A stretch of DNA of 64,000 nucleotides, taken from IMG/VR virus record IMGVR_UViG_3300027608_000010. One strand, 5' to 3'. The DNA is from a virus. Taxonomy: Duplodnaviria; Caudoviricetes. Made by a program: the position numbers and the translations under genes. Every line of letters starts with the position of its first letter. Position 1 is the first letter of the stretch. The notes beneath the pieces were generated by a model that did no database searches, was not told where the DNA came from, and was given only the letters and a program-made list of their open reading frames with translations. Positions 8,771-18,683 of the stretch are shown piece after piece.

Positions 8771-9670
8771 TTATTCTTCGTACATTGTGGAACTAGAACT
8801 TTGTCTAGACCACGATGGATTGAGACCATTGATTTCTAAAATGTCATCCCGTATGTTTTGATTACGCTTTTCGGTGTTCAGTACACGACAAAAGCTATTA
8901 GTTATAGCGGCTGTGTAGTAAGCGAATGGGTTTGCACTTTTGGCTTCATTAAATCTTAATCCAACATATGTAAGTTGAAGAATGGCTGAGTTACGCATTT
9001 CATCATTGTATGTATAACCACGCCAATTGAATTTCATAGCATATTTTTCACACATCATAATGTACATGCGGGCAAGTTTGTTTGTGATGTTACCTTGATC
9101 TTTACCAAACTCACCGTTTACTAGATCACCTTTCCAATGACTCTTACCTATACATTGAAATGTATTTGTCTTGTCAATGCGGAAGTGTTGGAAGGGAGGG
9201 AAGTTAACTTTGACATGAACCATATCATCAATTTCTGCTTTAGTAACTATATCTTCTAGTTCGGCAAATAATTCATCGGTTTCATCTTCAAAATCTAAAA
9301 TGTCTTTGGCTGATTTCTTCTTATCTGATTTTCTGGGTTGCTTGGGTGCAACCGGAACATGATCCCAAGTCATCACACGATATACTAAATCAGTGATTGG
9401 AATGCTTGTTGGGTCAGTAGTACCTTTCCCTAGTTCTTGTTCTAAATCTATTCGTATTGCCCTAGTTTCACGGGCCAGTTGAACATTCTCTGGTTTCAAT
9501 GCATATTCTAAACTTTTTTCAATAGACTCTAAGGGCATATCAACGATGAAATCGTATCTATGATCCTCAGGGGTTAAGAATGTACAATATGAGTTTTTAC
9601 TTGAATGAATCTCTTTTAAAATATCCTTGTTATTCAGATAATTTACAGGTTTTTTGACAGCTATAGACAT
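8771..9670 (-). CDS. gp55: Late-transcription sigma factor gp55-like
   Basis: NYLNNKDIL N-terminus, FNWRGYTYNDEM, FNEAKSANPFAYYT motif; canonical gp55-gp47-gp46 order. Confidence 0.88.
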   Translation of the reverse strand: MSIAVKKPVNYLNNKDILKEIHSSKNSYCTFLTPEDHRYDFIVDMPLESIEKSLEYALKPENVQLARETRAIRIDLEQELGKGTTDPTSIPITDLVYRVMTWDHVPVAPKQPRKSDKKKSAKDILDFEDETDELFAELEDIVTKAEIDDMVHVKVNFPPFQHFRIDKTNTFQCIGKSHWKGDLVNGEFGKDQGNITNKLARMYIMMCEKYAMKFNWRGYTYNDEMRNSAILQLTYVGLRFNEAKSANPFAYYTAAITNSFCRVLNTEKRNQNIRDDILEINGLNPSWSRQSSSSTMYEE

Positions 9671-9695
9671 AATTCTCCGTTGTTATGATGTACTA

Positions 9696-9724
9696 ATTGT
9701 AACACATTAGTTGCAGAAATGCAA
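9696..9724 (-). promoter_or_regulatory. Sigma70-type promoter for gp55
   Basis: TTGCAT-17 nt-TACAAT followed by a GGAG SD. Confidence 0.6.
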
Positions 9725-9768
9725 CAGTTTGATAGTGGAAAAGGTAAAAATACCACTTTTTAATAGCG

Positions 9769-9775
9769 ATAAATA
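9769..9775 (+). promoter_or_regulatory. Late promoter for the baseplate operon
   Basis: ATAAATA upstream of ORF 9796. Confidence 0.55.
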
Positions 9776-9795
9776 TATTTAGTAAAGGTACATAT

Positions 9796-10008
9796 ATGAA
9801 AGCAAACGAAGCAGCCGATGCATGGTTGAAAGTACAACATGACGCCGACACCTTGCGGTCTATTCAGTTCGCCAAACAGCAGGCGGCAAAAGGTGCTCTC
9901 AACGGGTTAGATACTCCTAGACTTAAAGATCCTCTTTTTGATTTTGTTGCCGGTGTGGGAATATACATACCTAAAATTACTACATTGAAACAAGTGTTAG
10001 GATTATAA
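9796..10008 (+). CDS. 70-aa chimeric ORF; its last 29 aa are identical to the C-terminus of the gp53-like protein
   Basis: Ends RLKDPLFDFVAGVGIYIPKITTLKQVLGL, identical to ORF 11428. Confidence 0.45.
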   Translation: MKANEAADAWLKVQHDADTLRSIQFAKQQAAKGALNGLDTPRLKDPLFDFVAGVGIYIPKITTLKQVLGL

Positions 10009-10012
10009 GATG
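9918..10012 (+). repeat. 95-bp direct repeat, copy 1
   Basis: 93/95 identical to 11637-11731; includes the stop codon and the next gene's ATG. Confidence 0.95.
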
Positions 10013-11428
10013 TCCACACTTTATCAACTCGGTTTTGAAGGAGAGGAGCTTAGACGACAGTTAGAAAAAGTCAACGGAGACCGCAACGATGCCGTAAACT
10101 ATCTCAGTAAACTTGAGGATGAGAATCCGCAAAGGCCGGAACGTATAGCCTTAATACAGAAAGAACTGGAAAGAACTAATGCCCTAGAAGAAGTACTACT
10201 GGCAAAAATTACTGACTGGACTCAAAGATGGAGAGAAGCACAAATCAAAAGAGCCGCATCCGACGAGGCTAAAGAACAAGCTGACCAAGCTAAAAAGACA
10301 GCTACTCTTACACCTGAAGAAACTGCCGCACTACCGGAAAAGCAAGTTTCAAATGTACAACCAACAGGATCAAACTCGGCTCAGGAAACTCTGCCCATTA
10401 TTGGGCAGAATGGCGCAGCTACATTCATAAAAGGACAACCCGAAACCGATGCTGCGACAAATAATATTCCAAATCCCACGACAGCACCGACGGCGGTTGG
10501 TCCGGAAGACCCTGCGGCATTTAAAAATGCAACTAATAACAGTGTCCTCGCTGCTATTAAACCAGCAGACGATGATTTAAACAATAGAATTTTTGCAAGA
10601 AGTCCGGGCGATGAAATGAGCAATGCGGCAGCTGAGGCAGCAAAACCACCACTTGATTGGCGAGTTAAACTTGAACTAGCTAGCAAATCAGATTGGGCTA
10701 CAACTTGGTTTGAAAGTGACGATGCAAAAATTCTAAAACCTTTATCAGAAACTAAAGGGGTTGTATTTCCCTACACACCAACTATTCAAATGGGGTATAA
10801 GGCTCAATATGATTCTACTGACATTACCCATAGCAATTATAAATTGAGTTTTTATAAAAATAGTTATGTAGATGATATTTCAATTTCTGCGGTGTTTACC
10901 GCCCAAGATACAGTAGAAGCTAATTATTTGTTAGCAACAATGCATTTTTTCAAAACAGTTACTAAGATGTTTTACGGGAAAGATACATATCCTATTGCAG
11001 GTACTCCCCCACCATTGTTATTTTTAACTGGATATGGTAAATATCAATTTGATCATCTTCCATTAGTGCTTACTAGTTTTACTTTTACTCTTCCCGATGA
11101 TGTTGATTATATCAGAACAAATACTGATAAGACTTGGTCCGGAACAACAATTGGTATACAAGAATCCAATACTCCGGCGTCGCCAAAACCCAAATCCCCA
11201 GTAAGAGATTGGTTAAATAAAACATTAAGATTGACTAATAACAATTTAGTACCCGGCGGCGAAAAAGTAAAACCGGTTTTTACTAGTATGAATCTTAATA
11301 ACAATGACTCTACTTATGTACCTACTAAAATTTCATTCTCATTGACATTAAAACCTATTGTTACTCGCGGTAATATTAGCAAAAACTATTCAACGCAAGG
11401 ATATGCACAAAAAGGAGGGTATTGGTAA
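10010..11428 (+). CDS. Baseplate-tail tube junction protein, gp48/gp54-like, with N-terminal extension
   Basis: DWRVKL, VVFPYTPTIQ, GTPPPLLFLTGYG and VPTKISFSLTLKP motifs of tube-initiator-like proteins; position in the baseplate operon. Confidence 0.6.
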   Translation: MSTLYQLGFEGEELRRQLEKVNGDRNDAVNYLSKLEDENPQRPERIALIQKELERTNALEEVLLAKITDWTQRWREAQIKRAASDEAKEQADQAKKTATLTPEETAALPEKQVSNVQPTGSNSAQETLPIIGQNGAATFIKGQPETDAATNNIPNPTTAPTAVGPEDPAAFKNATNNSVLAAIKPADDDLNNRIFARSPGDEMSNAAAEAAKPPLDWRVKLELASKSDWATTWFESDDAKILKPLSETKGVVFPYTPTIQMGYKAQYDSTDITHSNYKLSFYKNSYVDDISISAVFTAQDTVEANYLLATMHFFKTVTKMFYGKDTYPIAGTPPPLLFLTGYGKYQFDHLPLVLTSFTFTLPDDVDYIRTNTDKTWSGTTIGIQESNTPASPKPKSPVRDWLNKTLRLTNNNLVPGGEKVKPVFTSMNLNNNDSTYVPTKISFSLTLKPIVTRGNISKNYSTQGYAQKGGYW

Positions 11429-11727
11429 TGAGTTTTCCTAAAACAAGTCCATATTATCTTTCCTCAGTTTTCAATAATCAATTTTTAGATGTCATGGTAA
11501 ATAGACCTATCCCAATGATTGAGACAGATGAATATTGGGAAATAACACAAACATATAGTTTAAGACCTGACCTACTAGCGTATGACTTATACAATGAAAG
11601 TACGTTATGGTGGGTCTTTGCACAACGCAATCCTAATAGACTTAAAGATCCTCTTTTTGATTTTGTTGCCGGTGTGGGAATATACATACCTAAAATTACT
11701 ACATTGAAACAAGTGTTGGGGTTATAA
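11428..11727 (+). CDS. Baseplate wedge protein gp53-like (LysM-like)
   Basis: RPDLLAYDLY...LWWVFA motif; start placed at ATG 11428 (AGGAGG SD, TAATG overlap) rather than 11422. Confidence 0.75.
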   Translation: MSFPKTSPYYLSSVFNNQFLDVMVNRPIPMIETDEYWEITQTYSLRPDLLAYDLYNESTLWWVFAQRNPNRLKDPLFDFVAGVGIYIPKITTLKQVLGL

Positions 11728-11731
11728 GATG
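11637..11731 (+). repeat. 95-bp direct repeat, copy 2
   Basis: See copy 1; offset 1719 bp. Confidence 0.95.
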
Positions 11732-14662
11732 GCAGGCACTAAAGCTGAAATTGACGCTCTCAAAAGAGAACGAGAAGCCAATAACAAAATAGCCGACGCG
11801 GCTTGGCAAGAGTATCTTCAAAAAGTTAATAAAGAATTTGCGGTTGAGCTTACTAAAAATTCTGCTGATAACAATGCAATAAACGCATCAAAATCTACTC
11901 TTAGCGAAGCTGAATATATTCAAAAAAAGATAGAGATTCAAAAAACTAATATAGATATATCTGAAAGAGCTATTACTGACATTACTAATATATACAACAA
12001 AATAGCTGTAACTTCGGGGTCACCTAGAGGTGATTATGTATCAGACTATCAGACTAAAATGAGGCAACAGCTAACAGGTCTGCAAGTATTAATTGCTGAT
12101 GCCAAATACGATATAACAGCTTTTGAAACAAAACTAAATGCCTTAACCGGAAAACAATCTGCGACCGAAGAAGAAGCCGCAAAGGCAAAAGCTGCGGAAG
12201 AAGCTACAAAAACCCCAATAGTTGGCAACACAACAGACCCTGCAAAAGCATCATCTGAGGTAGCCGATGATGAACAAGGAGAAAAAAAAGAAAAAAAAGA
12301 TGCTGTCTATGGGCTACGGACAAGTGAAATTAACTCTGCCCCAGCCCAATCCGAACCTATAAAAGTAAATGTTACTGGTTTTATTCCCATTAGTGATATA
12401 GCATCTGATAAAACTCCCGGAGCAAGAGATTTTAATCCACTATCACTATACAGTAGCTATACCTATAATCTAACATTGAGTTTAGTAACTCCTACTATCT
12501 ATAATAGATTTATTAATGGAGAAATTAATGCAGTTGACGAAGCACCTATCATTGTTAGAAGTGGCGGAACAAGTCAAAAAAGAGCAGATGGGTTTGAGTT
12601 AGATTTTTATATTGACGATTTAGAACTTGAAACTTTAACTAATTCTAAAGAAACTCTAATTTCAACTAATACAATGAAGTTTAAATTTAAAGTTTATGAA
12701 CCATATGGTTTTAGTTTTCCACATAAATTATCAGAACTACGTAACAATTCAGCAAGCCGCACCCCGGATTCTATTCGAGGTAACTATTTTTTAACAATAC
12801 GTTTTTATGGATACACTGACCCCGCTCTGGACGAGGACAGAACACCACATCCAATTGCTCAAAAATCACCACACGAAAGAACTTTTTGCATATACATTAC
12901 TACTGTTGGTTATAAATTAGAACAGGGTTTAGTAGTATATGATATTACCGCAGTTCCTGCAGGAGAACTAGTTGCATTGGGTAACTATGGTGTTATCACT
13001 TCAAATAAAAGTTTTCAAGGAAAAACAGTAGGTGAACTTCTCTTAGGAGAAAACCCTGATCCATCTGTTAAGAGTGTAGTTGATGTTTTGAATAATGACG
13101 AAAAACGCCGCCTTGATAATAAGGAAATTGAAGTTGCAAACGTTTATAAAATAGAAATATGGGACGATGATATATTAAATGCGCCAATGGTAAACAAGAA
13201 GGATCTTTCAGCACAGAAAACACCATTAACAACTATTGTTACTCCAAACCAAGTAAATGCAAGAACTGAATATCGAATGAATTATGCTGAAAAAGGTCTT
13301 GTTAATTATGATATAAGAATAGTTAGCAATTCCGCCGGTGAACCAATAATTAATATAATTGATACTATTATTTCTCAGAGTGATTTTGTTAGAAGTAAAT
13401 TAAGTTCTGTTACAAAGGAAGACCCAATAAACACTGAACCTGTTGATAACGGATCAAGTGATTTAATACGTTGGTATAATATTACTCCAAAAATTAAATT
13501 TTTAGCAACTGGTTCAGGACCTGAAGGTAAAGATATTAAACGTAATAACTTTGCGTATGAAATTACATACATCATTCAATTATATAAAGTACCTTTTCTT
13601 AGAACAATTTATTCAAATGCTTTAGAAAAATATTACGGGCCTTATAAACGGTATCAATATTGGTATACCGGCCAAAACACAGAAGTATTATCATTTGATG
13701 TGAGTTATAATTTTACCTACCAATTAGAAAACTCTAATTCTTCTTCTGCAAAAACACAAACATCAAGTAACATAGGTGAAATTCCGATAGCAACTGTTGG
13801 CGCCGCTGGTGCTAGAAACGCTGGTAAAGAAATTGGGACAAATGAAGAAGTTAATAGTATCCGTTCTTGGTTATACAGTCCGGGTGAATTAGTGAAATAT
13901 AATTTGTCAATTTTGGGTGATCCTGATTACTTAATGCCGGCCTTTAATGGAACAATAGTGAAACAATTGAATAGATGGTATGGAGACGATTATGCAATTA
14001 ATCCAGGTGTGGGCCAAGTTTTTATTGAGATTGATTTTAAGCAAGCTGAGGACTATGATGAAAAAACAGGACTGCTTAAAACTGATGATAGAATATTATT
14101 CATGGATTATCCTAAAAGTATGAACCCAAAACCAAAAGGTTTTGTGTTCATGGTAAATAAAGTTATTAGTTCTTTTAGTAGGGGTAAATTTGTACAACGA
14201 CTTACCGGAGGACTACCTAATTTTTCAGCAGCAACTGAAAAAAACCTAAATTCAACTTCAGTTTCAGATCCAGGTAGAAGTACAGGATATGATTCTTTAG
14301 GTACTAATAATAGAGTTGCACAATTTGGTGTTAGTGAACAAATCAATTCGCCACCGGTCGATGGTAACATGCCAGGGGTGTTAGGTACTAATAGAGTTGC
14401 ACAATTCGGTGTTGATAATCAAATCAGTTCGCCACCGATGGTAAATCAAACAGCGCAAGCCAGTGACAATGATGATAATAGCGGTAGTACTGCTAGTAAC
14501 AACAATAATACAAATTCACAATCAGATGAAGGCGGCAGAGAACCTGTGTATACAGAATCCGTAGCTTTTAATAAAGGAAAAGTGCCAATCAGCGGCAGAA
14601 AACCTGTGTATACAGAATCCGTAGCTTTTGGTCAACGAAATGTAATATCAAATAATGTATAA
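11729..14662 (+). CDS. Baseplate hub protein, gp27/gpD-like
   Basis: NPLSLYSSYTYNLTL, FYIDDL, FKVYEPYG, YQYWYTGQNTEVL and ILGDPDYL motifs; lies between the gp53- and gp5-like genes. Confidence 0.55.
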   Translation: MAGTKAEIDALKREREANNKIADAAWQEYLQKVNKEFAVELTKNSADNNAINASKSTLSEAEYIQKKIEIQKTNIDISERAITDITNIYNKIAVTSGSPRGDYVSDYQTKMRQQLTGLQVLIADAKYDITAFETKLNALTGKQSATEEEAAKAKAAEEATKTPIVGNTTDPAKASSEVADDEQGEKKEKKDAVYGLRTSEINSAPAQSEPIKVNVTGFIPISDIASDKTPGARDFNPLSLYSSYTYNLTLSLVTPTIYNRFINGEINAVDEAPIIVRSGGTSQKRADGFELDFYIDDLELETLTNSKETLISTNTMKFKFKVYEPYGFSFPHKLSELRNNSASRTPDSIRGNYFLTIRFYGYTDPALDEDRTPHPIAQKSPHERTFCIYITTVGYKLEQGLVVYDITAVPAGELVALGNYGVITSNKSFQGKTVGELLLGENPDPSVKSVVDVLNNDEKRRLDNKEIEVANVYKIEIWDDDILNAPMVNKKDLSAQKTPLTTIVTPNQVNARTEYRMNYAEKGLVNYDIRIVSNSAGEPIINIIDTIISQSDFVRSKLSSVTKEDPINTEPVDNGSSDLIRWYNITPKIKFLATGSGPEGKDIKRNNFAYEITYIIQLYKVPFLRTIYSNALEKYYGPYKRYQYWYTGQNTEVLSFDVSYNFTYQLENSNSSSAKTQTSSNIGEIPIATVGAAGARNAGKEIGTNEEVNSIRSWLYSPGELVKYNLSILGDPDYLMPAFNGTIVKQLNRWYGDDYAINPGVGQVFIEIDFKQAEDYDEKTGLLKTDDRILFMDYPKSMNPKPKGFVFMVNKVISSFSRGKFVQRLTGGLPNFSAATEKNLNSTSVSDPGRSTGYDSLGTNNRVAQFGVSEQINSPPVDGNMPGVLGTNRVAQFGVDNQISSPPMVNQTAQASDNDDNSGSTASNNNNTNSQSDEGGREPVYTESVAFNKGKVPISGRKPVYTESVAFGQRNVISNNV
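14297..14629 (+). repeat. Two intragenic tandem duplications in the hub C-terminal tail
   Basis: 14297-14356 vs 14381-14437 (LGTN(N)RVAQFGV...SPP twice); 14532-14569 vs 14592-14629 (38 bp, 1 mismatch; PVYTESVAF twice). Confidence 0.9.
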
Positions 14663-14691
14663 GATATCAGTAAAATATAGGAAAACAATGT

Positions 14692-17600
14692 ATGTCATGG
14701 AATAGATTTTTTAACGGACCTAGTAAAAATTATAAAGATGATAGAGGCCGAACCAACTTAATTCCTAGCGCCGTCGTCGGTACAGTTAAACATAATATAG
14801 ACCCTAAAAAATCAGGACAAATCAAAGTATACCTTCATAGGTTAGATGCAGGAGATCAAAACAATCCTGATAATTGGACTACGGTAGATTATCTAAGCCC
14901 CTTCTTTGGTACTACACCTAATACAGGTAGTCCTGATAATGAATTCGGTACTTTTAAAGACAATCCACAAAGTTATGGTTTTTGGTTTACTCCTCCTGAT
15001 TTGGGAATTCAAGTAGTTTGTTTGTTTGAAAATGGTGTATCAGATTTTGGATGGTATATAGGTAGTATTCCTAGAACTGGAGTAATGCATATGGTGCCTG
15101 CTATAGGATCATCAGATTCCATTGTGTCAAATGAAGCAGAGGCAAAAAATTACGGTGGTGCTACATTATTGCCTGTAGGTGAGATTAACGATATAAGACC
15201 CAGCAATAGATATGGTACTCAACTAACTTCACACCCAAGACCTGTGCATAGTTATATGGCTGCAAGTTTAAATAATCAAGGATTGATACGTGACCCTGAT
15301 CGAGGAACAATTAGTAGCAGTAGTAGTCGTGAAAGTCCTAGTAAAGTATTTGGTATAAGCACTCCTGGTAGAGCAATATATCAAGGGGGATATTCTGATT
15401 CAACCATACTAGATGCAGTAAAAGATGCTACAATCCCAGAAGATAATTATAAAGTAGTAGGTCGAAGAGCCGGACATACACTTGTAATGGATGATGGAGA
15501 TCTACAAGGCAAAGATCAATTAATGAGATTTCGAACTGCTGCCGGTCACATGATTATGATGAATGATACTATTGGTACTTTATTCATTGTACATGCAAGT
15601 GGTAAAAGTTATATTGAGATGGGCAAAGAAGGCACCATTGATATGTATTCTACTAACAGTGTTAATATACGAACTCAAGGTGATTTGAATCTACATGCTG
15701 ATAATAATATAAACATCAATGCTAAAAACGATTTGAATATTTCTGCTACTAACATTAAGATAGAAAGTTTTCAAGATACTTCTCAATTCACAGGCGGTAC
15801 ATTGCAACAACATACTAAAGGAGATCATACTTTAAAAGTTGACAGTAAAATGTCATTTGAAAGTTCCGGCGATAGTATGATAAAAAGTGGAGGAACTAAT
15901 TACATTAAAGGTGGACCAAATGTAAAATTAAACACAGGTGAAAGTTCACTCTCTCCTCAAGAAGTTAAACCTATTCCGCAAGTTGCACACACTGACACAT
16001 TGTTTGATAAAGAAAAAGGATATCTTGCGGCCCCGGCCAAGTTGCCTAGTATTGTTAGTCGTGCTCCGGCACACAGCCCTTGGGCCGGAGCAAATCAAGG
16101 TGTAAATGTAAAAATTGATTTGACTGCTGACGCTAATTTACCAGAAGCCGCTTCACCAGCCGTCACTGCAACTAACGTTGCCGCAAACGAAAATTCTACT
16201 TCTCCGGTTGCAAGTTCAGCAGTACAATCAACTGTTCCTGATAATGTCACTGAAGAAAACAAAGCATTAGTTTCTCAGATAGCGGTTAATTCACAGACCG
16301 CTGATCAAAAAGTTGGGCTATCGGTAAATCAAGTAGCGGCTATAAAAGAAGCAGATGGAGCAAAAGTTCCCGCTGTTGGACCTTTGGGATTGAATCCACA
16401 TCAACTTGAGGCTGCTGGTTATATTAAACCCGGCACAGCAGATGCTGTGGTCGCCGCAACCACTAGTGGTAAGACTATCGAACAAGCGATGCCTCCAAAT
16501 ATCTTTACTGGTAAAGACGGTATAAATTCAATGAAAGACTTAGTTAATAATACTCCTGCTCAAGTTACAGTTGCAAATAATTTGTTAACTAAGTCAAAAA
16601 CTGCATTAACAACAGCAGGAGTAATCACTGGCAAAGAAGATCCATCACAAGTTAGTGGATTAGTATTAGCAGGCGCAACCCATGGCACACAGGCAACAGC
16701 AGATTTTGTTAAATCTACGGCAGCCGGAACAAATACAAGTCTTCCAAGTAAAATAGGTGCAGCAATAGTTGCCGGCGGAGTAGCAATAGCTTCCAAAATA
16801 GCTTCTAAATTAGGAATTAAAATTCCACCTAACATAAGTGAAAAATTGTCTGGTTCTATAAAAGACATAGTAGGTTCTGGTAACAAAGCGGCTGAAATTC
16901 AAGAAAAAGCTACAGGACCATTAAGTGGAGCAAAAATTCTTGATAATTTAAAAGGTGCGGTATCTTCCGCGTTTGATAAAATTAAGAAAGGCTTCAAGTC
17001 ATTAACTGCGGGCAAACCACAAAATCTAACAACAATCAATGCAAAAAATGATGAAGAAAAAGCAGCCGTAGATGCAGGTGAAACTGCAGCCTTGGATGCA
17101 GGAGCACAGGCTCCCCAGAGCACAGCAGTAAAAGCACCAACATTAAAAGAATCATTATCAAAAGTGGGTTCTAAAATTAAAGCATTCTTTACTCCTAATC
17201 CTAGTGGAACTGCTAATTTAACAGCAGGTAGTGCAACAGCATCAAATCTAGTAGAAGTAAATCATGAAGGGCAATCAATGATTGTTGATAATAATATGCC
17301 TACTAAAGAAAATCCTTATGCTGGATTGTCAGATGAGCAAAGGAAGTCTTTTGGCAACGCTGACCCCACTGATCCGTATATACGTGCTAGATTGGGAGTA
17401 CCACCATTAGTAAGCACAACTGCAACAGCTAGTTCCGGTACAAGTGGTGCATCATTACCCGGAACCGCTGGAATCTCGGGCGTACTAGGATCTATCAAAT
17501 CAAGTATTTCAGCAGGTGCAGATAAAGTGAAGGGTGCTATTGCTTCTCTTAAGACTAAACTTACCGGAGCAAATAAACTTACTGATGTAGCAAACAAAGA

Positions 17601-18168
17601 TTTAGGTCCTGCAGAATCTGCAAAACTTAGCGCATCTTTAAATTCAATGAAAACAGGCGGATCAAGTATTGTTTTACCTACAGTGGCTGTGGGTACAACA
17701 AACACAGCAGTTCAATCTGCCCAATTTGGCGCATTGTTGGGTGATTTGAAAATGCCACCAGGTAATTTAGGTGATGGTATCCCGACAGGGTCATTCTCGG
17801 TTCCAACTGCGGCCCAATCTGCAAACTATGACAAGTTGAAAAAAGAATTAACTGAACTTGATACTAATAAAAAATGGGATTTACAAACAAAATATTTCAA
17901 TTCTAAGAAAAAGAACGGTGAAGAAGCCGCAGAAACAACCACAGCTAAAGAAGAATGGCAAACATGTCTGAAACGAATTGAACAAATCAGAGGTGAAATG
18001 TACACTAATCAAACTGGTAATCCTCCACCAACTCAAGTACCCCCAGCCAATGCACCAATAGATATCAATAAAAACTTGACAGTAGCAGCAGGAATGCAAG
18101 AAGGCGGTCCCGGTCGTCAAGCAATAGAATCAATAGGGGCGTCTTTTAAAGGATCTCTTAACCAATAA
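14692..18168 (+). CDS. Baseplate central spike gp5/VgrG-like with long C-terminal extension
   Basis: OB-fold GTVKHNIDPKKSGQIKV, GWYIG, GHTLVMDD/GHMIMMND beta-helix repeats, then a long Ala/Ser/Thr-rich extension. Confidence 0.75.
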   Translation: MSWNRFFNGPSKNYKDDRGRTNLIPSAVVGTVKHNIDPKKSGQIKVYLHRLDAGDQNNPDNWTTVDYLSPFFGTTPNTGSPDNEFGTFKDNPQSYGFWFTPPDLGIQVVCLFENGVSDFGWYIGSIPRTGVMHMVPAIGSSDSIVSNEAEAKNYGGATLLPVGEINDIRPSNRYGTQLTSHPRPVHSYMAASLNNQGLIRDPDRGTISSSSSRESPSKVFGISTPGRAIYQGGYSDSTILDAVKDATIPEDNYKVVGRRAGHTLVMDDGDLQGKDQLMRFRTAAGHMIMMNDTIGTLFIVHASGKSYIEMGKEGTIDMYSTNSVNIRTQGDLNLHADNNININAKNDLNISATNIKIESFQDTSQFTGGTLQQHTKGDHTLKVDSKMSFESSGDSMIKSGGTNYIKGGPNVKLNTGESSLSPQEVKPIPQVAHTDTLFDKEKGYLAAPAKLPSIVSRAPAHSPWAGANQGVNVKIDLTADANLPEAASPAVTATNVAANENSTSPVASSAVQSTVPDNVTEENKALVSQIAVNSQTADQKVGLSVNQVAAIKEADGAKVPAVGPLGLNPHQLEAAGYIKPGTADAVVAATTSGKTIEQAMPPNIFTGKDGINSMKDLVNNTPAQVTVANNLLTKSKTALTTAGVITGKEDPSQVSGLVLAGATHGTQATADFVKSTAAGTNTSLPSKIGAAIVAGGVAIASKIASKLGIKIPPNISEKLSGSIKDIVGSGNKAAEIQEKATGPLSGAKILDNLKGAVSSAFDKIKKGFKSLTAGKPQNLTTINAKNDEEKAAVDAGETAALDAGAQAPQSTAVKAPTLKESLSKVGSKIKAFFTPNPSGTANLTAGSATASNLVEVNHEGQSMIVDNNMPTKENPYAGLSDEQRKSFGNADPTDPYIRARLGVPPLVSTTATASSGTSGASLPGTAGISGVLGSIKSSISAGADKVKGAIASLKTKLTGANKLTDVANKDLGPAESAKLSASLNSMKTGGSSIVLPTVAVGTTNTAVQSAQFGALLGDLKMPPGNLGDGIPTGSFSVPTAAQSANYDKLKKELTELDTNKKWDLQTKYFNSKKKNGEEAAETTTAKEEWQTCLKRIEQIRGEMYTNQTGNPPPTQVPPANAPIDINKNLTVAAGMQEGGPGRQAIESIGASFKGSLNQ

Positions 18169-18183
18169 AGTATAGGAAAAAAT

Positions 18184-18636
18184 ATGGCAACCTACATAGG
18201 ATTTAACACACAACATGTCAACGAAGTGAGACAAACAATAGACTCAACCAACACCGGCGTTGCTGGCAGCATTCCACTAAACTCGCCAATGAAGTCTAAG
18301 AATAAATTTAGAACGCTGGATGAGGAATTAGTAATTCAAGATTTTATTAATGCACTAAACATACAACAGGGGTCTAAGCCCGGTAATCCAGGATACGGTA
18401 CTTCTTTGTGGAGTTTTGTATTTGAACCAAACACAACTGAAACAAGAGTTGTCTTAGAAGAAGAAATTATGAGAGTTGCTTCCTTTGACCCTAGAATAGC
18501 AGTAAGTATTACTGGGGTAGTATCTAGGGAGAATGGAATATCAATGACTATTGATATGTATGTGCTACCCTTCAATAATCCTATTTCACTATCAATATTA
18601 TTCGACCAGAACAGTTCAATGGCAATTGGATCTTAA
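18184..18636 (+). CDS. gp25: Baseplate wedge subunit gp25-like
   Basis: GSKPGNPGYGTSLWSFVFEP and FDPRI motifs. Confidence 0.85.
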   Translation: MATYIGFNTQHVNEVRQTIDSTNTGVAGSIPLNSPMKSKNKFRTLDEELVIQDFINALNIQQGSKPGNPGYGTSLWSFVFEPNTTETRVVLEEEIMRVASFDPRIAVSITGVVSRENGISMTIDMYVLPFNNPISLSILFDQNSSMAIGS

Positions 18637-18656
18637 AAACAGCCATTTTTTATATG

Positions 18657-18663
18657 ATAAATA
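18657..18663 (+). promoter_or_regulatory. Late promoter
   Basis: ATAAATA upstream of gp6. Confidence 0.55.
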
Positions 18664-18683
18664 TATAAAAGAGATTATATAAT

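Noticed and set aside
9918-11731. 95-bp repeat as a DGR template/variable repeat pair (both mismatches are A in copy 1)
   Set aside because: Only two differences, both synonymous A/G transitions; no reverse transcriptase in the window; gp53 is not a typical DGR target.
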